Made by a program: the position numbers and the translations under genes
The notes under the pieces: model-generated
Seen by the model: the letters and a program-made list of their open reading frames with translations, nothing else
Databases searched by the model: none
Told to the model about the DNA's origin: nothing
In this document: in pieces, positions 55,084 to 63,870 of the stretch
Layout of the letters: every line of letters begins with the position of its first letter
Numbering within the stretch: position 1 is the stretch's first letter
Origin: an uncultured Clostridia bacterium
GTDB taxonomy: Bacteria > Bacillota > Clostridia > Christensenellales > Borkfalkiaceae
Reading direction: 5' to 3'
Assembly: GCA_947176305.1 (NCBI GenBank)
Contig: CAMWPZ010000001.1
Location: 4,154-68,153, forward strand
DNA length: 64,000 nucleotides

Positions 55084-57725
55084 TCGCGGATCTCCTTTTG
55101 CAAATCCTGTGGGGTATGTCCAAAAACGTTTTGCCCGAATTGTACGCAAGAATTGTAAGAGATTTTTCTTAATGCGGTTGCATAATAGAACGCCTTATCC
55201 CTTACGATTTGCACGTTGTTTAAGTCAATATATTGCAAATGAAAAGCATCTGATAAAGCACGGAAAGTGATCTCGTTTGTTTCATTCGGAAGTTTGAATT
55301 CAGCGATGGTTTTCCCGATAGCATATTGTAACAATGTCGTTTTATCTTTTGTATATAAATTACCGTCAATGCTACAATAAGATTCGTTTTGTAAGGTCAC
55401 ACATATTTCCGTAAGCGATTCACACGAACCGAAAGCATACTTCCCTATTTGTGTTGTGGTTTTCGGTATCTTGATTTTTTTAATCTTATCGCAACCGTGA
55501 AAAGCCCACGCCCCTATTTTTTGCAAAGAACCAGGGAATGATATATCTATTAAATTTTTGCAATCGTCAAATGCGCTATCCTCAATTATCCTCACCGTTT
55601 CGGGTAAAAAGATATTTTCTAAATTCCGCGCATTTTGAAAAGCGTGTTTCCCTATCGCTTCAACACCGTGCGGAACCTTAAAAGTTTTTTCGGGTGAAGC
55701 AAGCGGAAATCTTACAAGCGTTTTTTTGTCCTTGCTGTACAGCACTCCCGCAGACGAACAATAAGATTGATTATCCTTTTCCACAAATATTTTTTTAACT
55801 TTACTTGAATAGAAACAAGAAGGCTCTACATAAGTAATACGGCTTGAAACACATAAAGTTTCAGCGTAAGTGTTTTGCACGCTTATTTCAGTTATCTCCA
55901 CGTTTTTTAAAAACTTCAATTCATTGTTTTTCGTTAAAGCAATAACGTCCACTCCGTAGGCAAACAGATCACGCATTGTGCGCTCAGCATCCTGATTAAT
56001 TGCCAAGAGAAAATAATCCTTTGCCTTATCAAAGCTTTTTTCAACACCGATTCCATTCATATAGCAATACGCTAAATCCCCGGTGCCGTGAGAATAATTA
56101 TTTTCTGACGCCATTTTAAAATACCTTACCGCTTCCTCCGCATCAAGACTAACTCCGTCTCCGTTCAGATAATTCTGCCCAATATCCCTCATTGAATGCA
56201 CATAACCTAAATCGGCAGATTTTTTAAACCACTGCGAGGACAGCGCTTTATCCATATTGACGCCTTGTCCGACAAGATACATATAACCCAAATCGCACAT
56301 CGCTTCCTGATTGCCGAGCTTGGCGGCAAGAGAATACAATTCAAACGCCGTTTCAAAGTTTTGTTCTTTACCCAAGCCAAAGGAATACATATCACCGAGG
56401 ATAACAAGATATTCAGGACAATTTTCTTTTGCGTACGCTTCTGTCTGATTGACGATAGGCGCAACTAATTTCTGCGCTCGTTCTCTGTCTTTCTCTATTC
56501 CGTTACCCTCAAAACAACCCAATGCGAAATAGAATGCCCCTCGAATGTTTCCCAACATATGCGCCCGATAAAAACTTGCGAGTGATAATTCTTTGCTACG
56601 GTAAAAGCGTTTGCTGCCTATTGAATATTCTTTGCCACGCAATATCCACTCATCCGAATCGACATTATCGTATATACCCCGAAACAGCGCTGCCTGAATT
56701 TTATCTTCAAATCTGACGCTTTTTTGTGGTAAAAGTTCAAATTCATTTGCGGAGATTTCTGCAATCTTGTTTAACCACACCGATTTATCAAGCGACAGAC
56801 AGTCAATCAGCCCGAGTTGCGTTTCAGACGTGATTTTATCCGATGCAAGGCATTTTACGCCTGCTGCCTGTGCTTCAATAAGTGTTATGGAAAGCCCTTC
56901 GTATAAAGACGGTAACAGTAAAGCGTGAGATAAGGAAAGTAACTCGGCTACATTACTGTCGGGCGGTAATATCCGCACATTATTGAGTGAATTCGCTTTA
57001 ATGAAGGTTTCTATACTGTCTTGCAAATCGCCATGTCCGACAAACAAAAAGGTAATATCTTTGTTTTCGTTTAACTCTTTGCACAGCTGTAATAAAAAGC
57101 CAATATTCTTCTGTCTGGAAAACCGACCGACAAAAAGGAAATACTTTTTTGTCGCATCAAGCTTGTATTTTTTTATCAGCTCGTCCCGCGATTGGTTTAT
57201 TTTGAAACGGGTGTAATCAACGGCATCGTAAATTACTTCGCCGCCGTTACCGTAAAAGAATTTTCTTGCCGCGTCCGAACAAGCAAACTTGTGTGTTGCA
57301 TATTTATCTACCATTCGTTTGGAAATACGCTTAGCAATGCTCTTACCGAATGATAATCCGTTAGGATTCGCCTGATGACAATGCGAAATGCGAACAGGAA
57401 CTTTTTCCAAATATGCTTGCTTTAAGTAGATACCGTTGTTGGAATAATAATGAGAATATACCGCATCGGGTTTTTCTTTTTGAATTATCTTGCGAATAGC
57501 CTTTGCTTGCCGAAGTGAGCGCGCAAGTCCTTTCCCCTTGACTGGTATATCATATACTTTACCGCCGAGATCTAAAATTTCTTTACGGTAATAATCTTCA
57601 CCTTCGGCAGTATTTATAAAGATAAATTCGTAGTCTTGATAAAGATTACGATACAATGTCATAATGAGAGACGAAATACCGTTTATCCTTAAATTTCCGC
57701 CGATTTGAATAATTTTCTTTTTCAT
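55080..57725 (-). CDS. GT4-type glycosyltransferase fused to Sel1 repeats and BspA-type LRRs
   Basis: The start is taken at ATG 57725 (MKKKIIQIGG), giving an ATGA overlap. GT-B/GT4 motif PSLYEGLSITLIEAQAAGVKCLASD. Sel1 repeats (AAKLGNQEAMCDLGYMYLVGQGV..., SADLGYVHSMRDIGQNYLNGDGV...). C-terminal LRR_5 repeats. No signal peptide. Confidence 0.65.
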   Translation of the reverse strand: MKKKIIQIGGNLRINGISSLIMTLYRNLYQDYEFIFINTAEGEDYYRKEILDLGGKVYDIPVKGKGLARSLRQAKAIRKIIQKEKPDAVYSHYYSNNGIYLKQAYLEKVPVRISHCHQANPNGLSFGKSIAKRISKRMVDKYATHKFACSDAARKFFYGNGGEVIYDAVDYTRFKINQSRDELIKKYKLDATKKYFLFVGRFSRQKNIGFLLQLCKELNENKDITFLFVGHGDLQDSIETFIKANSLNNVRILPPDSNVAELLSLSHALLLPSLYEGLSITLIEAQAAGVKCLASDKITSETQLGLIDCLSLDKSVWLNKIAEISANEFELLPQKSVRFEDKIQAALFRGIYDNVDSDEWILRGKEYSIGSKRFYRSKELSLASFYRAHMLGNIRGAFYFALGCFEGNGIEKDRERAQKLVAPIVNQTEAYAKENCPEYLVILGDMYSFGLGKEQNFETAFELYSLAAKLGNQEAMCDLGYMYLVGQGVNMDKALSSQWFKKSADLGYVHSMRDIGQNYLNGDGVSLDAEEAVRYFKMASENNYSHGTGDLAYCYMNGIGVEKSFDKAKDYFLLAINQDAERTMRDLFAYGVDVIALTKNNELKFLKNVEITEISVQNTYAETLCVSSRITYVEPSCFYSSKVKKIFVEKDNQSYCSSAGVLYSKDKKTLVRFPLASPEKTFKVPHGVEAIGKHAFQNARNLENIFLPETVRIIEDSAFDDCKNLIDISFPGSLQKIGAWAFHGCDKIKKIKIPKTTTQIGKYAFGSCESLTEICVTLQNESYCSIDGNLYTKDKTTLLQYAIGKTIAEFKLPNETNEITFRALSDAFHLQYIDLNNVQIVRDKAFYYATALRKISYNSCVQFGQNVFGHTPQDLQKEIRE

Positions 57726-59386
57726 ATTCGGATGATCTCCGCTTTGCAACCGTTAAACGTATTTGGCAATAGTTTGATATGTTCGGGTATGTATGCCCTT
57801 TCAAGTAAAGTACAACCGTTAAAACACCAATCGGCAATTTCCTCTACCGATTGCGGTATGTGTATTTCTTTTAATGCAGTACAACCGCTAAAAGAGCTAC
57901 GGCTGATGAATTTCAAACCCTTAGGCAGTTCAACCGCCTTTAATGTATCGCACCCCGTAAATGCACTTCTTCCGATATTTACAACAGTTTCGGGAACGAT
58001 AACTTTATCCCTTCTTGCCGCTGTGGGAGGGCAATATACCATTTCCCTGACAGTTGCGTCATATAGAATTCCGTCAACAACGGCATAGTAAGGGCTATGA
58101 TTTTCAAGCACTACGTTTTTACAATTTGCAAACGGATTATATCCTATCTGCCTTACGGAAGCGGGAATGATTATCTTTTCTATCATATCGCAGTTCCAAA
58201 AACAGTTACGACCTATCGTGCGGACAGAATCAACAAGCTTTACGGTTTTAACACCCGAACCCATAGAGTAGTGCATACACGTAGTCATATTTTTATCGTA
58301 TAGCACTCCGTCAATATAGTGAAAATAATCGCTTTCATTTCTGAGTTTAATATTGCGGCAATCTGAAAAGGCGTTGTTTCCCATAAACTTTACGTTCCTC
58401 GTAATAGTTACTAAACGTAGATTTACACATTTATAAAAGCTGTGTTTACCTATCCACGTTACGGTTTCGGGGATAACATATTCCGTATCCTGTTTGCTTG
58501 CGGTGTAATGAATCAAGAATTTCTTTTTGTCGTCAAACAATACTCCGTCCTCGCAAATGAAGTACGGGCTATGATTATCTATTTTGATTGCAAGACATCC
58601 GGCAAAAGGATCGTCTCCCATTTCGCTTACACTCTGCGGAATATTTACTTCTTTAAGATTTTCACAATATACAAAGGCATCACCGCATATGCATTTAACG
58701 CTTTCCGGTAAAACAACCTTCTCTATAAAAAGATTGTTCCAAAAGGCTCCCGTACCTATACGTGTAATTCCCTCGGGAATATTCACCACCGAATCTTTGC
58801 CGAGATACTTTAAAAGCTCTCCGTTTTTTACTGAAAACTCATCTGGATACTTTCTATCGTCGCAAATTGTGCAAAACACAAGATTATACTGAGTTATCGA
58901 CTTTTCAAATATGCCAAGAGAAAATTCTTGTCCGTTAGCGAAAATTTTTGACTGATAGTCTACAAGCCCGCCCGAAAGCTGAGAGGTATATAAGCACTCT
59001 ATTTTTTTTGTCTTTTTAACAAAACCCGAAACAAGCGCAGTATAATCTTTTCCCCATGCAGCCACGTAAACGCCGCAATATAGAATGCCGTTTGGCTGTA
59101 AAATCGCGACGTCGTAAGGAAAATAATTCAGTGAAACCGCACCGGAGGGATAGCCCTTTTTAAGAAGGCGGTCAATTGCCTCCAACAAAACAAAGTCTTT
59201 ATATTGAAGTAAAGGATAGCTCTCGCCTTTAAATTCAAAGCGCTGTTCTTCGGAATAAATCGTGATATCCGTATCGTCATATTGATACCTGAAAACGTCG
59301 GGAGCAATTTCGTCATAACCCAATTTTCGATATAAGATTATATATTTCATATCTATAAACAAGGTATCTTTCGTTTTTTCAGCCAT
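57722..59386 (-). CDS. BspA-type LRR protein with unassigned 170-aa N-terminal domain
   Basis: 554 aa with no signal peptide. LRR_5 repeats begin about residue 190 (IPEGITRIGTGAFWNNLFIEKVVLPESVKCICGDAF...). The N-terminal domain has no motif I can assign. Confidence 0.6.
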   Translation of the reverse strand: MAEKTKDTLFIDMKYIILYRKLGYDEIAPDVFRYQYDDTDITIYSEEQRFEFKGESYPLLQYKDFVLLEAIDRLLKKGYPSGAVSLNYFPYDVAILQPNGILYCGVYVAAWGKDYTALVSGFVKKTKKIECLYTSQLSGGLVDYQSKIFANGQEFSLGIFEKSITQYNLVFCTICDDRKYPDEFSVKNGELLKYLGKDSVVNIPEGITRIGTGAFWNNLFIEKVVLPESVKCICGDAFVYCENLKEVNIPQSVSEMGDDPFAGCLAIKIDNHSPYFICEDGVLFDDKKKFLIHYTASKQDTEYVIPETVTWIGKHSFYKCVNLRLVTITRNVKFMGNNAFSDCRNIKLRNESDYFHYIDGVLYDKNMTTCMHYSMGSGVKTVKLVDSVRTIGRNCFWNCDMIEKIIIPASVRQIGYNPFANCKNVVLENHSPYYAVVDGILYDATVREMVYCPPTAARRDKVIVPETVVNIGRSAFTGCDTLKAVELPKGLKFISRSSFSGCTALKEIHIPQSVEEIADWCFNGCTLLERAYIPEHIKLLPNTFNGCKAEIIRI

Positions 59387-59963
59387 TGATAATTCCTCTT
59401 TTGATAAGTTCTGTTTTCATTGTACTAACAACGTCGGCTTCCGTTAAACGGGTAGTATCAATTAACATTCCGGGCATATTGTAGCTTTTTAATACTTTTC
59501 CCATTTTTTCGTAAGCAGTGGGAATATACGCAACTTTTTTCAAATCTGGATCGCTTAAATCGCGGTTCTTTAGTCTTTTTTCAACTTCTTGAGGATCAGC
59601 GTAAATTAAAAAAGTAAAATCGGGCGCGCCCGTGGTCTTATAAATTGCATCAAAAATATAATCGGTGTAATCATCTCCGCTCCAACAGTAATTCGATAAA
59701 ATGTGTCTGTCTGTAATTATATTCTGTCCTTTAAATTTTTCGTAGAGATAAATATTCCCTAAGCCGTAAAACCAACCTGTAAAAGCTTTATTCTTATTTT
59801 TGTTGACTTCGTTACGGATGCGAATATAGTTTTCCTCCGTTCCGTCCGCATCGAATAAGTAATGTAACGGTTTCTCGATTAACAAAAAGCCAAGTTCATT
59901 CGCAAGATTTCTTGCCGCCGTGCTCTTCCCTACGCCATCTATTCCTTCAATTGCTATATGCAT
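59379..59963 (-). CDS. Thymidylate kinase-like (d)NMP kinase
   Basis: 194 aa. P-loop IAIEGIDGVGKST and the IITDRHILSNYCW (D-R-x) block are typical of the Tmk/dNK fold. Confidence 0.55.
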   Translation of the reverse strand: MHIAIEGIDGVGKSTAARNLANELGFLLIEKPLHYLFDADGTEENYIRIRNEVNKNKNKAFTGWFYGLGNIYLYEKFKGQNIITDRHILSNYCWSGDDYTDYIFDAIYKTTGAPDFTFLIYADPQEVEKRLKNRDLSDPDLKKVAYIPTAYEKMGKVLKSYNMPGMLIDTTRLTEADVVSTMKTELIKRGIING

Positions 59964-59973
59964 AACTACCTCC

Positions 59974-61668
59974 TTAATTGCTAGTCCTTGTTTTCGCTTC
60001 GTTCTTTTTGCCGTTTGTAAATCCGTCTAAAATTTCAAGATATCCACTTACACGACGAATATGCGTTACGGCTTTACTTCCGCAAACAGGACAAATATCG
60101 AATACACCGCTTGAATGACATTCGTTGCAGGAATCAAGCGGAAAATTAACCCCCAGATACCGCACGCCTGCGACTATACCTTCTTCTACAAGCTCTCGCA
60201 GTCCCTCGTCATTTCCGATAGGTGCCTCGTTCAGTTCGATATACGAGATGCTTCCCCCGTTTGAAAGGACATGGAACGGACCTTCTTTTCTAAGCTTTTC
60301 TCTTGCCGAAATCCCGCTGTCAACATTGACGTGGAAGGAGTTTGTGTAAAAACCTTTTTCAAATATTTTTGCTTTTAAAGGAAATAACGGCTTGTCCATT
60401 TCAAGAAATCTTCCGCTTATCAGCTCACCGCTCGTAGCAAGCAATGAAAAATTCAGGTTTCGTCCCTTACATTGCGCATCGCAATAACCACGCATAAATT
60501 TAACAAAATCAAGCGCTAATTCATACGATTGCTCTTCCGCATAAAATCTATTTCCGGTAATAATTTCTATCATTTCGGAAAGCCCAATAAAACCAATAGA
60601 CAAGGTGCCGTGCTTAAATACTTCTTTCACGTTTTCAAAAGCCGCGCACCACATCTGCCTTTTACAATTTACAGGGAAATCCGTGCTATCCATTGCACAG
60701 ATTTTGTTGTAACGGTCAATTAAAATTTCCGTAACAAGATAGGCAATCTTTTCCCATTTCCTTTTTAATTGCAGAATTTTTTCCTCTGTCGTCTTATTCG
60801 GAAAATCACATTCAACTTCCAAAGCAAGCCGCGGCAAGTTGATACTTATATTTGCTATATTTCCCCTGCCGATAGCTGTCTGTTCTCCAAATATATTGGC
60901 TACAACGCGCGTCCTGCATCCCATAACCGACAGCTTTTCAGGCGGTACCGCCCTGTCCTGAGGGCAGTCGCAAAGAAGATATGTAGGTATCATTTTCTTT
61001 GCCGTACATAAAAGCGCCTTCTGAAACAAATCAAAATTTTTGTCGGACTCATACCGGTTAATGCCCTGCGCCACTTTAAAAACGATATTCGGTTTAAACA
61101 CGGTTGAGCCTAGCTTTTCAAATTCGTCTATAACCGAATACGCGATAAACCTTGCAAATTCAGAATTTGCGAGCCCGATATTCAAGGTTACGTAATAACT
61201 TGTCTGCCCCATACGCGTGTGCGTATTGTTGCACCAGAGAAGCAGGTCGGCAATACATTCCGCCGTAATCTCACGGTTCTGAGTATTGTCACGCACCCCG
61301 AGATTGTTATAAACGGCTGCTATTTCGTTATCGAAATTTGCAAACGCCATTCCGCCTGACTGCTCGTTCCCCATATCGGCAAACAGCGTCTTTATGTAAC
61401 CGAAAAGCCGAATTATTTTTGCGGTGTCGGTTAATCCGTCAAACTGCCCGTACGGGAAATTCCGCAAAAAATCAAACGTCAGACAGTTATACGTTTTGCC
61501 GTATGCGTCCAGATCGTGGATATGGATATAACCTTCTCTGTGCAGGTTCGCCCATTCCGCCGGCAATGAGTTTAAAATATCGTTTTTAACTTTTTTCTCC
61601 CCGACCCCGTAAACTTCTCCCACATAGCTCGTGCGGTTGGCGGCGTTTTCGTTAGAAATCTGTTTCAT
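59974..61668 (-). CDS. nrdD: Anaerobic (class III) ribonucleoside-triphosphate reductase, short form without ATP-cone
   Basis: 564 aa. C-terminal Zn site CNECHSSGVFDICPVCGS followed by the glycyl-radical motif RRVSGYL. The N-terminus starts directly in the catalytic barrel region. Confidence 0.8.
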   Translation of the reverse strand: MKQISNENAANRTSYVGEVYGVGEKKVKNDILNSLPAEWANLHREGYIHIHDLDAYGKTYNCLTFDFLRNFPYGQFDGLTDTAKIIRLFGYIKTLFADMGNEQSGGMAFANFDNEIAAVYNNLGVRDNTQNREITAECIADLLLWCNNTHTRMGQTSYYVTLNIGLANSEFARFIAYSVIDEFEKLGSTVFKPNIVFKVAQGINRYESDKNFDLFQKALLCTAKKMIPTYLLCDCPQDRAVPPEKLSVMGCRTRVVANIFGEQTAIGRGNIANISINLPRLALEVECDFPNKTTEEKILQLKRKWEKIAYLVTEILIDRYNKICAMDSTDFPVNCKRQMWCAAFENVKEVFKHGTLSIGFIGLSEMIEIITGNRFYAEEQSYELALDFVKFMRGYCDAQCKGRNLNFSLLATSGELISGRFLEMDKPLFPLKAKIFEKGFYTNSFHVNVDSGISAREKLRKEGPFHVLSNGGSISYIELNEAPIGNDEGLRELVEEGIVAGVRYLGVNFPLDSCNECHSSGVFDICPVCGSKAVTHIRRVSGYLEILDGFTNGKKNEAKTRTSN

Positions 61669-62753
61669 TCCTCGCTCCGTAAATTTATAAATTCTTGATT
61701 TTTCGACCCAACAAAAGGTTTTACAGTCGATTTACATGTATTATCGAATGCGCCGACCTTTGCATAATGCAGCCTTTTTTTAATTGCCTGCGGAATATCA
61801 TCAAGCAAACCGCCCGTGTATAAGCAAATATCAAAATCGGCTAATTCCTCTAATAAGTTTGTAATCGCGCTTGCCTGCAAAAGAGGCTCGCCTCCGGATA
61901 ATGTTATTTTCTTGTTTGTTACTTTCTTCCTGATTATATTAGCGAGTTCTTTAACCGTATATCTTTTCCCTTCCGACAGCGTCCAGGTAGAAGGATTATG
62001 ACAGTCCGTGCAAGCGCGTTTACAACCCTGAAAATATATTACCGTTCTTAACCCCGGCCCGTCCACCAAAGATTCGCGTGTGGATATAGAGTTTACATAG
62101 AGATATGTACGTTCAAAAAAATTCTTAATTTCTAAAAGCGGTTGGTCTGTGACCAAAATAGGAGTCAGTCCGGCTGCTTTCGCGCCGTCATAGTCCTTAT
62201 CGGTTTTGTTCCCGATAAAGTATACGTTACGGTTTGCCTTAATACCAAATTTTTCAAGCACTGCGTTAAAAGCCTTCGGGGAAGGTTTTCTGTATCCGAT
62301 ATCCGCACTCGAAATAACGTCGTCAAAGAATGACAATAAACCGAAATTGTCCAAATACTTTTTTAATGTTGCAGAAGAAAAGATGCTGTTGCTTAGCACG
62401 GCAAGTTTATATCCGTGTTCTTTCAGGTATGTAAGCAACTCTTTTGCTCCATCGGCAATCTTTTCCTGCCGGCATATTGAAAAAGTTTCCCATTCCACCT
62501 CGGAATAAGATTTGCTTAATTTTATCCCGAGGTGATTTTCATAATATTTCAGTTGTTCACAAAAACTTGTTTCCAGGTGGGTTTCGTTACGGTTTAACAT
62601 ATACTTTTCGCGGTATTCCTTTGCAAGTCGGAGCATCTCGTCCTTGCAACCGAAATACTTGTCCGAAAGATAATTCAATGCTTTATCGTAATCAAACCAA
62701 ACCTTTATTAACAACGTATCGAATAAGTCGAATAAAACTATTTTATCGTTCAT
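61665..62753 (-). CDS. nrdG: HAD-superfamily hydrolase fused to the NrdG radical-SAM activase
   Basis: 362 aa. N-terminal HAD motifs VLFDLFDTLL, AVLSNS, GYRKPSP and IGNKTDKDYDGA. C-terminal VDGPGLRTVIYFQGCKRACTDCHNP (CX3CX2C) and LSGGEPLLQ. ATGA-type overlaps on both sides. Confidence 0.7.
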   Translation of the reverse strand: MNDKIVLFDLFDTLLIKVWFDYDKALNYLSDKYFGCKDEMLRLAKEYREKYMLNRNETHLETSFCEQLKYYENHLGIKLSKSYSEVEWETFSICRQEKIADGAKELLTYLKEHGYKLAVLSNSIFSSATLKKYLDNFGLLSFFDDVISSADIGYRKPSPKAFNAVLEKFGIKANRNVYFIGNKTDKDYDGAKAAGLTPILVTDQPLLEIKNFFERTYLYVNSISTRESLVDGPGLRTVIYFQGCKRACTDCHNPSTWTLSEGKRYTVKELANIIRKKVTNKKITLSGGEPLLQASAITNLLEELADFDICLYTGGLLDDIPQAIKKRLHYAKVGAFDNTCKSTVKPFVGSKNQEFINLRSEE

Positions 62754-63274
62754 ATTTTCCCTTCTTTTCTGAACGCAATCAATTCATCCAGCGTCCTCGG
62801 CGTAAACCCTACAACGTCCGCCCCGCAATTAAAACTGTTCGGCAGTTGTCTTTGTAAATAAAACGCTTTGTCGTTCGGATTATTGTGAATATGCCCGAAG
62901 ACGTGATATCCGCCGTAAACCGAGTTGTTATAGCTCAACAACGGATAGTGGCACAAGCACACGCTTCTTTTACAGTCGTTAACCGTGTCAATGGTTTTAA
63001 CGCAGTCAAACTTACGCAACGTTGCAAGCGTCAGAGCTTCGTCGTGGTTTCCGAGCAACAAAACCTTTCTGCCCTGTAATTTTTCAATTACCTGTGCGGA
63101 AGTGTCGTCGAAAGCGAAGTCCCCTAAAACGTAAACGGTATCGCCTGCTTTGACCCGGAGGTTCCATTTGCGAATCATATCGTTGTCCATTTCCGCAGCG
63201 GAGCTATACGGCCTGTCCGCAAGCTTCATTATTCGATTATCGCCGAAGTGAGTATCGCCTATATAATATACCAT
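62750..63274 (-). CDS. Small metallophosphoesterase
   Basis: 174 aa. Motifs YYIGDTHFG, VLGDFAF, LLGNHDE and FGHIHN. Confidence 0.7.
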   Translation of the reverse strand: MVYYIGDTHFGDNRIMKLADRPYSSAAEMDNDMIRKWNLRVKAGDTVYVLGDFAFDDTSAQVIEKLQGRKVLLLGNHDEALTLATLRKFDCVKTIDTVNDCKRSVCLCHYPLLSYNNSVYGGYHVFGHIHNNPNDKAFYLQRQLPNSFNCGADVVGFTPRTLDELIAFRKEGKI

Positions 63275-63282
63275 AAATTACC

Positions 63283-63711
63283 TTAAACCGCAATATAGTC
63301 GTCGTAATAATCTTCCTGTATCCGACGAATAGCTTCCTTTGTCTGAATTGCGTTTTTCTTTAACAGATAAGCCGTATCCCTGTTGGGAACTTGCTTATTT
63401 CCCCCAGAAAGTATGTACTCATCTTCTTCAATACGTTCTTCCAGATTGTTCAGCCTGCGTTGCTGCTGAACGTTTTTGCAATGCAGGTACGGATCGTTGG
63501 CGTTTGCAAGCTGTAGCTGAATATACTCCCCGAACGAAATCTCCCGCACCTCCCGTATCGCGTATTTATGATGATGCTTAACGCGTTTAAATTCGCGCGC
63601 CTTAGCGGCGGCAACCTTTCCGTTTTCTGCCTTTACCGCAAACCAAATATAAATACATTTACTTTTCCCCACATGCCCGCATTTAGTTTCTACTGCGAAA
63701 TATTTATTCAT
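63283..63711 (-). CDS. Hypothetical protein, first gene of the nine-gene operon
   Basis: The start is taken at ATG 63711 (MNKYFAVETKCGHVGK), preceded by GAGGAGG. No assignable domain. Confidence 0.45.
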   Translation of the reverse strand: MNKYFAVETKCGHVGKSKCIYIWFAVKAENGKVAAAKAREFKRVKHHHKYAIREVREISFGEYIQLQLANANDPYLHCKNVQQQRRLNNLEERIEEDEYILSGGNKQVPNRDTAYLLKKNAIQTKEAIRRIQEDYYDDYIAV

Positions 63712-63823
63712 ATTTGTCCTCCTCAAAGTTACAAGTATATTATATCATTCGATATACTGTTATGTCTCAGACAAATTTGAACTATTTTGTAACCAAAACG
63801 CCCATTTAATTGCATTTTATAAC

Positions 63824-63854
63824 AATATTTGTTACCATATCGGTAACAAATATT
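63824..63854. promoter_or_regulatory. Perfect 13-bp inverted repeat, candidate operator
   Basis: AATATTTGTTACC (63824-63836), 5 nt, GGTAACAAATATT (63842-63854). It ends 2 nt before the AAAGGAG of the + strand ORF starting at 63871 and lies in the divergent promoter region of the nine-gene operon. Confidence 0.5.
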
Positions 63855-63870
63855 TTAAAGGAGCTTACAA

